A stretch of 64,000 bases of DNA from Klebsormidium nitens (lineage: Eukaryota; Plantae; Klebsormidiophyceae). Made by a program: the position numbers and the translations under genes. The stretch spans positions 124,001-188,000 of the forward strand of contig DF237057.1 in the NCBI GenBank assembly GCA_000708835.1. The letters run 5' to 3'. Under the pieces are notes generated by a model. That model was not told the origin of the DNA and did no database searches. It was given only the letters and a program-made list of their open reading frames with translations. Each line of letters starts with the position of its first letter. Position 1 is the stretch's first letter. Shown piece by piece: positions 26,401 to 36,574 of this stretch.

Positions 26401-29400
26401 CGCATGGACCAGCTCAACAATTTCATGGAGGACCACCACCTCCCGCCCGACCTGCGCACCAAACTCCGGGTGAGTCGATTGTTTGTTTGTTTTTCCCCCT
26501 GTTACCCTTCTGGATTTTGAACATATTTGAGTTTTCCCCTTCTGGATTTTGGACATCTTTGAGTTTTCAAAGCTTGCTTAATCGAAACTGCTGCTCAACA
26601 ACTCCATGGAGGACCACCACCTGCCGCCCGACCTGCGCACCAAGCTGCGGGTGAGTTGCTTGCTTGTTTCTGTCTCTTTTCCCCTCCTGGATTTTGAATA
26701 TGTTAGGATTTTAAAGAGTAGTTGGTTTGAAACTGCTGCTCAACAACTTCATGGAGGATCACCACCTCCCGCCCGACCTGCGCACCAAACTCCGGGTGAA
26801 TTTGTGTTTCTTTTCTGTCTCTTTTCCTGGCTCTTGAACATGCTAGGGTTTTAAAGAGTTGTTGGTTTGAAACTGCTGCTCAACACTTTCATGGAGGACC
26901 ACCACCTCGCGACCGACTTACGCAGCAAGCTGCGGGCGAGGTTTTTAGACTAAAGCTTTAGGGCTTTTAGGTTTTAATGTTCTGCTGATCGTATGAGTGT
27001 ATGATGCTGTAAATTTGCGGATCTACGAAACGCATCGTCGCCTAGCTCAACAGTCCTAACGAAATCCCCACCTCCCGCCCGACCTGCGCACCAAGCTACG
27101 GGTGAGGAATTTGATTGCTTTAGGGTTTTCTACGATTTAGGTATGGGACAGACCCCTTATAGACCGTAAATAAGTTGCGTGATGAATCAGATTCACAATC
27201 GCCAACTCCCCGTCCTGCGGGTGAGGGGTCCTAGGATAGTCACACTAGGACGCTACGGTTTCTCATTCTGGCCCTTTCAAGACAAGCAGGGTACTTGAGC
27301 TCAACCCACCCATGAAGGACTGCCAATTGACAAGCACCTACACAGAAAGCTACGGGAGAACGCTTGTGAGAACTACATTTTCTTGTGTACTTTGAGGTAT
27401 TTGGGTTTTGTGAGCGCAGATTTTCAGGATGGAGCCTCACGTACTAGATTAGCCCCCGCCTTCTACAGAGGACCACCGTCTTCGGGCCGACCTGCGTAGG
27501 AAGCTGCGCAGGGTTCTATGCTCTGGAGTGCCATAACCTTGGGCTTCGAAGTTTCCGGCCTGGTAACCAGTCGTTAACATTCAGTGCACCACCGGTTGCA
27601 AGGTGCAAACAACTCGGCTTGAGTTGAGCTCAACATACTTTTGAAAAAGGTCCCCTGCGGGAATCGTATCGGGACAGAACGGCGAAGGATTTCAAAGTGG
27701 GCGGACGTGTATTCAACGGTGCCTGCGGCGCTGGGCAGTAGATTTGAACCTGAATCTCTGAATCACCGAAACTTAAACGGTAAAAAAGAGCCTCAAACCG
27801 AAAACCTGATTACCCCCGCAGAAACTAATTCCGGTATCGGCACAAAACTAAGTGCTGAATGCGTAATCCTCGCCCTTGAATTAGCTTCAATGAGAGGCCA
27901 AACCCCTGAGGGTTGAGCGTCCTTGACCCAAGTTTAATCACTGTCCCAGGACTACCTCCGATACCGGCACAACAACAGCAAGCGCCGAGCCCCGGGTTAT
28001 TGCCGTTCTTTATTGAAAAGCGAAGAACGCGTTAGCCAAAGACCCTTGAAACTAGGTTAAGGCTGAACCCCAATCTTAACCCTCCCCCCCAGGACTACTT
28101 CCGGTACCGACACAACAACAAGGGCGTGGGAAACTTCCACTCGCTGCTGAGCATGATGAGCAAGAACCTGCGCGCCGAGGTGGCTGGACACACCAACGGC
28201 GTCTGGATCAACAAGCTGCCCTTCTTCCGGAGCTGCCCCACCGAGTTCGTCATCGAGGTTAGCGCGTAACCTTGACTCTTTTAACCTCAATTGCGTGGTC
28301 AAGTAGACGCTTAAGGCTGGACGAAGCAGTATCGTGAGTGGCCGGACAAATCAGATGCGTCGGGGTTAACAAACTGACCTCTTCCGGAGCTGCCCCACCG
28401 AGTTCGTCATCGAGGTTAGCGCGTAACCCAGGAACTTATCCTTTTGTGCACGTGCTAAGTGTCCAGTTACGTCGGAATTTCGGAGCTTTTTTGAGTGGCC
28501 AAACACACCAACGGCGTCTGAATCAACAAGCTGCCCTTCTTCCGTAGCTGCCCCACCGAGTTCGTCATTGAGGTCAGCGCGTAACCCTCGAATCTTGCAT
28601 TTTGATTTGCGTGGTTAGATAGAAGGTCAGGGCCGGTCAGCTGTCAAACATCTCGAGTGGCAGGACACACCAACCCACCGAGTACATCCATCGAAATCGG
28701 CGCCTAAATCTCGAAGCCTCACTTTAGTTTCCGTGGTTAAGTAGTTGATTAGGGCTGCTCGAAATGTGGAATTGTACTTTAGTGGCCGGACACACCAACG
28801 ACGTTGGGGCCCCAAGCTGCCCTTCTTCCGGAGCTACCCCGTTCGTCATCGAGGTTAGCGAATGACCCAGAACTTGCTCTTTCCTTCTACGCGAATGAAG
28901 CAATCTCTGATCGATGTGACGAAAAAACTTCGAGGCATCAACGGCGTCTGGATTGAGCCCTCTCGTTCAAATTCCGAAAGATAACGGAAGGATTTGGCCC
29001 CACTTCACATCGCAGCCAGCCTCATCAGCGAGCTCCTCAGCCTGGAGTTATGACTACGTTCTCTTTCAGAGACTCAATTTCAAAGGGGTGGGAAACCAGC
29101 AGAATTTTCTCCTTACAAGTTGGGGATACCTTATAGATTTGACTAGTCAAAGACCCGACCCCTCAAATCAACAATCAAAGAGCCACCACCTTCGACTTGA
29201 AAAGCAAGTTTGTTTCTTTCTTCCCACAGTAATTCAGACCAAACGAACCACGTACCTCCTCCCAAATTAATGGACAGGAATCCCAACTCCTCCGCAATCC
29301 TTGCAGGTGTCCCTGAACATGGAAAGCGAGACGTTCGCCCCCCAGGAAGCAATCATCCGACTGAACGAGCCCCCCGAAAAGATGTTCGTCGTGCGGAAAG

Positions 29401-32400
29401 GGGTGGTTGCCGGAAACGGGCGCATTCACACTTCTGGCAGCGTCATTGGGACGGACATGCTGTTCGAGGCCCGGAGCACCCGGCGAGCCCACAGGTGGGA
29501 ATAAGCCCCTCGATGCTTGCAAGTGTTGAAATGCGTGTGTTCTCTCTCAAACAAAGCCGGTATGCAGCCTTTGAAATTACAAGCAGAAAAAGGTGCTGTC
29601 TGTCATGCATAGTCCGGGCTATTCTAATTCGGGCCCTATATTTGCGAGAGGTAAAGAAGCTGAGCGAAAGTGCGGTGAACTTCTCCTTAGAGCCCCGGCC
29701 ATTCACATCGATTCCGTTTTGTGCAGCGCTATGGCCTTGACGTACTGCGACCTGATGTCATTGGATCGAAAGGTGAGAACAGCCGCGTTCAGGGGTATTC
29801 ACACTAACAGGAATCTGCAGTGGATGGATGGTGGCAAAAGCCGCAGAAAGGCGACCAGCGCTATGCTTTAAAAGTCCTTAGGTCGCCATGGGCGCGACTC
29901 GAGCCGCTCGAATGAAGCGAAATGCTTCTCTTCTGCGTCCGCGTCATGTTACATATTGTGGGTGCACCGGTCCACCTTGTTTGATGGCATACTGTCTTTG
30001 ACGTTTGGATGCTGGCATAGTACGTTGGAAACTTTAGCCCACGTTTCGCGTCCCTCTAGTCGTGGGCAAAAAATTTGTTCCTGATTAACGAGCGCGATTC
30101 CAACCCACTCGCAATCCTAATCCTGGTTAAGAGCACGGTTCCAGACCAAGATACTCTGTTCCTGATCAAAGAGCGATTTTCAGCCCACTCGCAAACGGCT
30201 GGTTGCTCAATACTCTTTCAAGAGAGAGATGGAGGGCTCTGCTACGTGACGGCACTCTTCAAAAGTGTTGGCTATCTAATCTACAATGTGAAATTGATTC
30301 CGCAGGTCCTGTTTCAAATCTTGGAGCATCACCCGGACGTGGCGGAAAATCTGCGGAAAGCATCCATACGGACGCTCTTTCGAACAGAGGTAAGAAACAC
30401 TGCCCCAATTTGACTCCTATGGTTGTCCTTCAACATTTTTCCGGTCCTTCATTCCGACAGTGCTTTGATGAGTGCGTGATGAATTTCATCTAGATAAGAA
30501 TATAGAGTCTCCCCGCGAGTGTCCCAGGGATTCGAGAGAAGGGTAGTCCGTGTTTCGGTCTGTTCCGTGGAACTCTCCAGCTCGCTTGAGCACTCAGCTC
30601 AAGTGAATGGCCGAATGGACACGCCCCCGCTACACGTCCTCAATACCGACGAATTCTGAATATCATTCCGCAACGTTATGCGGGTCAAGCTCGCGATTGC
30701 AACGCGCAATCGACATCTTCCGTGTAAAACCATGCCTGTGAAAATTCCGCGTATTTGCGTGCAGCCGATCCGTTTGGGCTTTTGCGGAACCTACACAGGG
30801 CTTTTCGGTCCCCTCTTTCTCTGCAGGCGCTCGCGATTGTGCATAGTCACACTTTCACTCTTGTTTGGATTCCCGCGTACTCTGCGTGCAGTCACAGTTG
30901 CCAAGGCCCCGCACAATCCACTGAAATCTTAAGCAGTTTCCGTGCAGGCACGCGCGCAGATGCGCGCGTTCAAGCTCACGCTGGCCTCGCGCAAAACGGC
31001 TGTGACCTTTTGTGTCTCTCACATATTCATCTACGCGCGCACTCGAGCCTTCTGTAGCCCTGCGCAATAAATCAAAAGCTCTGCTGCTTCTCGCTAAGGC
31101 GCTTGCGATATGCGTGCGCGGTCAAGCTCGCAGCGGCCTCGCGCAAAGACCAGAAACGCTGACATTCTATGCCTCACTTTTTCACTCTTACGCGCACATT
31201 TAGCTTCTCTTCAGCGTCGCGCAATGGTGCCACTGAAAGCTTTGCTGCTTCTCGTTTTCAGGCGCTTGCGTATAAGCGCGCGGTCAACGTCGCAGCGGCC
31301 TCGCGCAAAGACCAGATGCACTGACGTTCATGACACGACTTTTCGCTCTACGCGCGCTATCGAGTTCTCCTTAGCGTCGCGCAGTTGCGCAACTGAAAGC
31401 TTTGCTGATTGCAGGAGCTTGCATATATCAGCGCGGTCAAGTTTGCAGCGGCCTCGCGCGGAGATCAAAAGCACTGACATTCATGACTCAACTGTTCGCA
31501 TTACGCGCGCAATCCATTTCCTTTCAGGGTCGCGCAAATGATGCACTTAAAAGCTTTGCTGCTTCTCTTTCAGGCACTTGCGCATATGCGCGGGTCAAGC
31601 TCGCGGTGGCCTTAGACAAAGACCAAAAAGCACTGCCGTTCACGGCTCAATTCTCTCGCTCTGATTCTCTCTTACAGCATCGCAATCTTGCAACTGAAAG
31701 CTTTGCTGCTTCTCATTCTCAGGCGCTCGCGTATATGCGGGCGGTCAAGCTCGCGGTCGCCTCGCGCAACCAGGAGGTCGTCATAAGCAAGGAGACTTTC
31801 GATGGGCAGCCCAACGGGGAGAGAATAAAGGTCGGCCGCGTATACCTTCCTCGCACAGGTTCACTGCTTGGAACGATTTAAAAACCACTTTGCTGTGGCG
31901 TGAGCTTGATTGTCGTCGTTCTGCCGTTCTTATTTACGTGTGCGAGGAACTTCCTTTTGCGCTTCTTCTTTCACGATAGGATTGTGTGAAAGGAAATGCG
32001 GGTTAGGATCCAGTATCTGGTTTGAGACGCTTTTCGGCGTTTTTGTGCGTATCATCGCCCATCATGAGGAGAAGAAGAAACATACGAAGCCGTGCACTAA
32101 CTAAACTTGACGCTCAACCAACCACCACAATCCTTAGGGCTTTTCTCACAAGCCGCTGCATTACTTCGGTTCTAGAGGGTACCTTTCGTCAATGCGCGCT
32201 TCCTGTGTGCTCGGTGTTCTTATTTCAATGCTGTTTGAGCTTGTTTACTGCTCGGTAAAGTCACGAAGAAAATCCTGAGTCAGAGGATCAGCGGCACTAC
32301 AAACGCACCTAGAGTTACCCGGGGAGAAGAGCTTGACACCATAATCGTTTTCCCCCCTGCAGTTCTACTTGGACAAGCTAGTGGTGTTGCTACGGAAAGA

Positions 32401-35085
32401 TCAGGAGGAAATGGACCGCTTGAAGGACGCCACCCTCAAGATCCAGGTGAGGCAGTCACGTGCTAGCCCAAACGGGGTTAGGTTTCGNNNNNNNNNNNNN
32501 NNNNNNNGGTAGAAGGTACGGTACTTCTCGGGCCAAAATGTTCCTAAGGTATGTACATTGGTCTACCACGTGAATCTGAAATGCCATCCGATTGGCTAAG
32601 AAATCTGGAAAGCTTTTTGCAGCTTTTCGGTCGCCGCGCACCCTTATGAGATCAAAGGGAATGGTTGTAAGTCTTTGGATCATCTGAGCTCGAGCAATTA
32701 TTTCAGAAGAGCTGAGAAGGGTATAATGTGCGTAATCGGATTACGAGCTCATGGATATCCGTGATAATCCAATACTATCTGCCGCAAAGACATCCTGAAC
32801 CAGACTGATTCTTCATAGATCTGTACTCGTCGAACACTCAAGCGCTATGCCCGAAACTCACATCACATACCATCCATTGGATTTCGAAACCCAGAAACCA
32901 GAGGCCATGACAAAAATCCTTTACCAATGCAAAAAAGAGATTCGCCGCCCCTCAAGAGATTGCAGTATAATGCCGCATACGGCCAGCCTTAAGCTCCAGG
33001 AATGTAACCGCAAGCGTCGTACACCAAAATTGTAATACCCTACACCCGAGAGTCAAACCCAAAACCCAACCCAGATGGTAAATCCAAAGTCGAACCCAGA
33101 TCCAAACCCAAACCAAGCCCAAACCCGCCTGTTCCGCTCCGCAGTCGGTCTTCCGCGGCCACAGGGTGCGGAAAAAGTACAAGGGCAAGCTGCGGAAAAC
33201 CGTGGATTCGCTGGCGAAATCGGGTCCGGTCCTGCTGACGCGGCTCACGCCAGACTCCGCCTCGAACTTCAAACCGCCGGTCCCCTTACCGCCTGCAAGT
33301 GAAGGGGTGAGTCCGGGGCAGCAACCAGGGTTATGAACTTGACCCAATTTTTTGGACAAGAGGGTGGGGGGGAAGAGGCGGGAAAGAAAGAGGGGGGGGA
33401 AATGATTTCCGGCCATCCGGATCTGATGGATATGTTTGTTCATGTTTCTGAACGAGCTCGTCGAGAGCTCTCCAAAGACATCAGGGGGGCTGAGCCACTT
33501 AAAAGCCCAGTCAGCTTTTCCAAAGTAAAGCTTCTTCCGAGCAACATGCCAGCTTCAGTGTCAACCGAAGTAGACTAGTTCTGGTCTGCAGCAAAATGAC
33601 CAACTTGCACTGTTGTTTCCACTGAAACTGGCAGGTTGCTCGGAAGAAGTTGTGAGCAAAAGAACACATGGGGTTACCGGTTCATGAGCTGGAGACAAAG
33701 GAAGTGCTCCTTGAAGCTTAGTTTCCGTCTTTTGAGGCGTGGGATCCAACCATCTGAAGCAAACCAATGCTTTGCATGAGTGTGATGTACACTTGGCAAC
33801 AGTAGGCATTTCTGAAGCGGCTTCGTGGCACGTACTGGCATATGGAAGAGCGCCCGTCAGGGTTGGGACTAGTTTTACATGAAAATGCAGAGAAAGGAGG
33901 AAACGAAAAAAAGGAAGGATATATCAGGAGTGTACGAATGAGCGGCCCGCATCTGCTACCGATCTCATCTTGCTGGGCACTGTTTGGGGTTCCTAGTTTA
34001 GCTGGTATCGAACAGCTTCAGCATAGGCATTTGAGCAGAAACCAAAGCACCCCCTGCGTACATTTTCGTCGATCAATGTCCCGTTTCGCGCCTGCAGAGG
34101 ACCATTATTCTTCCGGCCTTTCCGCCGCATGTTTCTGATCCTGAGAGCTTCGTCTTTGGCGCAGGACTTTGTCCGGTTAGAGGAGACGGTGGACCGGCTG
34201 CAGCGGCAAGTCTATGCGTCGAGCAACCGGCACCAGAAGCAGGTGAGAGGATGCGCCCGAAAAAATGGGGTTAGCGCTTTTCGGTTTTATTGAACCGGTT
34301 TAGAACGTCGAGCATGACAAACTTCTGAGAGAAGCAGGTGAGAATAGGCCCCGAAAATGAGGTTAACGTCTTGGGTTTGAATGAGCGGATGTGGAGCCCA
34401 GCAAGACAAAAGTCTGAGAGAATGCGGCCTGAAAATGGGGTTAGCGCTTTTGGGTTATCATCGAACCGGTGGGGCACATCGATGGTAACGGGTTTTCAAA
34501 AAAGCAGGTGAGGTACAAATTCTTCGAAGAAGGTCCGCATGGTGAACTTTCTAACCATTTTATATCGACGGGTTTAGGAGTGGAGCATCACTCACCAGAA
34601 GCAGGTGGGGAACTGCTCCTGACAGAAGATCGCTTTCTGGGTTCGACCGATGAGCGGTTCATCTAGCACTTTTAACCTGATTCTTGCGTTCCTAATCCCT
34701 CTTGGAAACCCGAAAAGAGAAGGTCGTGGTCTCAAAGTGCGGCGGGGTTTCGGATTCGCAGAATACGATTTTCTGAAGAAGCGCGTATTCTTTAAAGGGA
34801 AACGGCTGGCAACAAGCGGACCCATCACAGAAGACAGAGCGGTCACGTTCTCCGAAATCTGCGCGATGCTCTTTATAGGGGAGCGCGTTTTAACGCCCAT
34901 GAAGTGCAGCGACCGCTGGAAATTCAGCGCGATCCTTTGCTGACGTTTATTTCTGACGTCATCCCTTCATTTTCGACCTGCAGATTGAAGCAACGCGGGT
35001 TTCCTTAGAAAAGCAGCTGGCCGTGAGCAGCCGGGAAATCAACTCAAGGCTGTCGAATCTGATGGAGATAATTAGGAACGGTTGA
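17416..35085 (+). CDS. Six-transmembrane voltage-gated cation (K+-type) channel with CNBD, IQ motif and C-terminal coiled coil; 18 exons, 894 aa
   Basis: Exons 17416-18027, 20329-20531, 20994-21069, 21522-21572, 22211-22314, 23311-23452, 24218-24337, 25085-25234, 26260-26469, 28093-28257, 29307-29494, 29727-29772, 30306-30389, 31723-31830, 32363-32446, 33145-33306, 34165-34242, 34984-35085. All introns GT-AG; total 2685 nt in frame. S1 RWDIFL, S4 LRLGRLLKLLRLARTGRIIQR, pore SLYFAVVSLTSTGYGD, C-linker FMEDHHLPPDLRTKLRDYF, CNBD (KLPFF..MFVVRKG..RSAMALTYCDL), IQ motif IQSVFRGHRVRKK. Confidence 0.92.
19800..20328 (+). repeat. Tandem decayed copies of the channel exon-2 acceptor junction
   Basis: TTTTCAG|GAGG... 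plus ~60 nt resembling the start of exon 2 at 19857, 19990 and about 20126 (acceptor lost), with a partial copy near 20245. Unit about 133 bp. Confidence 0.8.
23520..23615 (+). repeat. Single decayed copy of the channel exon-6 donor junction
   Basis: ctgtggctgacggcgctgcgcaag|gtgcgcgtgacgtcagagaatgacgtca mirrors ctgcggctcgggagattgctcaag|gtgggcctgacgtcagatggtgacgtct. Confidence 0.55.
24500..25084 (+). repeat. Three decayed copies of the channel exon-8 acceptor junction
   Basis: Variants of TTGGCGTGCGTGTGGCGGCTGA at about 24580, 24872 and 24979, each preceded by homologous pyrimidine tracts. The nearest copy is almost identical, but its AG is changed to GG. Confidence 0.85.
25054..25084 (+). 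promoter_or_regulatory. Branch-point-like CTGAC plus pyrimidine tract and AG (example of a recurrent 3' splice signal)
   Basis: CTGACGTCATCCTTCTTTTCCCCTCCTCTAG precedes exon 8, and CTGACGTCATCCCTTCATTTTCGACCTGCAG at 34953-34983 precedes exon 18. CTGAC/CTAAC recurs about 20-35 nt before many acceptors and matches the YTRAY branch consensus. Confidence 0.6.
25235..25745 (+). repeat. Three copies of the pore-exon 3' half plus donor
   Basis: Copies at 25327-25395 (open frame STVSIYSKSLYFAVVLLTSTGYG|gtaag), about 25494-25562 (in-frame TAG) and about 25665-25735 (frameshifted). Purine-rich spacers are homologous. Unit about 165-170 bp. Confidence 0.9.
25880..26259 (+). repeat. Two copies of the channel exon-9 acceptor junction
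   Basis: CCCCAG|GACGTC-AGCGGTGACGG at about 25906 and CACCAG|AACGTCACAGCGGTGACGGTGTGGGAGCAG at about 26101. Both keep the AG. Confidence 0.9.
26470..27510 (+). repeat. About six copies of the channel exon-9 donor junction
   Basis: Copies of CTCAACAA..CACCACCTCCCGCCCGACCTGCGCACCAA.CT.CGG|GTGA at 26594-26650, 26739-26795, 26879-26935 and 27069-27101, with weaker remnants near 27205 and 27470. Confidence 0.9.
27930..28960 (+). repeat. Copies of both junctions of channel exon 10
   Basis: One acceptor-side copy (CCCAG|GACTACCTCCGATACCGGCACAACAAC, about 27950). Four to five donor-side copies of AGTGGCCGGACAC...TTCGTCATCGAG|GTTAGC at about 28337, 28495, 28655, 28781 and 28938, some partial. Confidence 0.85.
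30900..31780 (+). repeat. Six-unit tandem array (149-163 bp) ending in functional channel exon 14
   Basis: Exon-start-like sequence begins at 30948, 31099, 31262, 31415, 31574 and the real exon at 31723. The intron-derived part (GCAACTGAAAGCTTTGCTG..) is homologous between units. Confidence 0.9.
32488..32507. other. Assembly gap (20 N) in channel intron 15
   Basis: Run of N. The flanking exons join in phase without needing hidden sequence. Confidence 1.
34243..34620 (+). repeat. Decayed copies of the channel exon-17 donor junction
   Basis: Variants of AGAAGCAG|GTGAG...AAAATG.GGTTA at about 34328, 34412, 34500 and 34595. Unit about 85-95 bp. Confidence 0.7.
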
Positions 35086-36574
35086 TGCTTTCGACGTCGA
35101 GAAATACGAGTTGACTAACCAGGGGCTACCTTATTTACGAAGAGGGTCCGGCTTTTACTTCGATTTGTAAGTTAGGCCTTCGGAGGGACTAAAATGCAGT
35201 GTACGGCAATTCTGGTATACTCCGTTAAGATGTGCGTGTCTTCGATACTCCTTATACAAGCGTAGGGTTTGGCTTGCGATAGGATAGGGGCGCTTGGCTG
35301 GACGCATACGCTATGCGCAGCTGAGACGTACATACGGTAGACCTGAGGACATGAGGATTGCCTGCCAAATGACTAACTCGGTTTTGCATTATCGGCGGTC
35401 CTTAGTGGTATCCTATGGAGGAGACGCAACAAAGAAGACTGTCCTCGGGGTTTGTAGAGTAAGAACCAGCAGGAACGCTTTAGCAATTCGGGTGTTATAC
35501 GAGTGCTAGCTGCCTCGTGACACCTTTTCCGTGTGTTCTGTAGCAGCGCCGGGCCCGACCGCGGTCTTCTTCTAATTGAAACACATACGGACTCACCATG
35601 GCGCACCATGAAGAAGTGCAGCCGCTTTTTGGAGCTTGCCTCCATGATTCCTGGCGGTCCCAATTAGTGGTAAATTGGATAGCTCGTCATGATTACGCAG
35701 GCTTCTATAAATTGCTCTTTGCGGACGGGTGTGGTGCACGGGCCCTGGAGCAAAGCTCCCACCGGCCAGCCACCGTCGGACGAGTACGAGCTCGATTGTG
35801 TGGAAAAGCATTTTATTCGTTACAATACATGCATGATACCCGATCAACGTAACGCCATGCACTGATCAGTGCCACATCGAGTGCGCCGCAAGATAGCGGA
35901 GATTGGTACTAGTAGTACGTATATGCCCATGCTCTGCAGAAGATGCCGCCCCTTCAAGTTACCACGTAGCTCAAACTGCACTTAGATCCGCTTTCACCGT
36001 AGCTACTATACATGCATACATCGTTTAGCATTGAATGCTGCGTGTCAACTTGGTGCGCATGCTTGCAGCAGTCGCTGATCTGCGCATACCACCTGAATGC
36101 GCCATCTTTTTGCCCATCAGCCTGGATATCATCTGTGTTTGCTCCTCCCCCGGCACTAACCTCGCCCGAGCAGTCATGCATAGATACCCATTCAATCCCC
36201 ATCAAAGATCAGGTTGCTACCTTTGATGAACGGACTTGATGGCGATGGGTGCCAGTGCCGACTCCGAAACAAGATACTGTGCTTGCATGCACCTCAGCTT
36301 ACGCTTCAATCTCATCTAGGAGTCTGGAAAATTGGACGCGCTCAATCAGCTGCGTCTCTATACTATAGCCTGAGCCTTTTAGACTGTAACGTCGAAAGGC
36401 CAGCCAAAAGCCCAGACTGTCATGATCAATGCATTTTCTTGCTTATTATTCAGAAAGAATGCACGTTCCGCTAACTGGCCACTCTGCTTCGCAACTCGTT
36501 TTGCAACACTCACCTTCAGCGTAATCTGCAACTGATCCTGTGTTGCAAATCGCCAGAATCATGACTGTCATTGT

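Noticed and set aside
25235-27510. Mutually exclusive exon cluster (Dscam-like)
   Set aside because: Each copy has only one splice site and part of the exon. Most carry stops or frameshifts, so none forms a complete alternative exon.
25235-28960. Repeat-spacer pattern superficially like a CRISPR array
   Set aside because: The repeats are exon fragments of the host gene, the spacers are mutually homologous intron sequence, the context is eukaryotic, and there are no cas genes.
30070-30200. Pair of ~35-bp direct repeats (TTCCTGAT..GAGCG..CCACTCGCAA) in channel intron 12
   Set aside because: A small intronic duplication with no exon-derived sequence, so it is not part of the junction-echo pattern and has no evident function.
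32447-33144. Missing channel exon hidden in the N gap
   Set aside because: Using the acceptor at 33144 joins exons 15 and 16 in phase and creates a canonical IQ motif, so no extra exon is needed.
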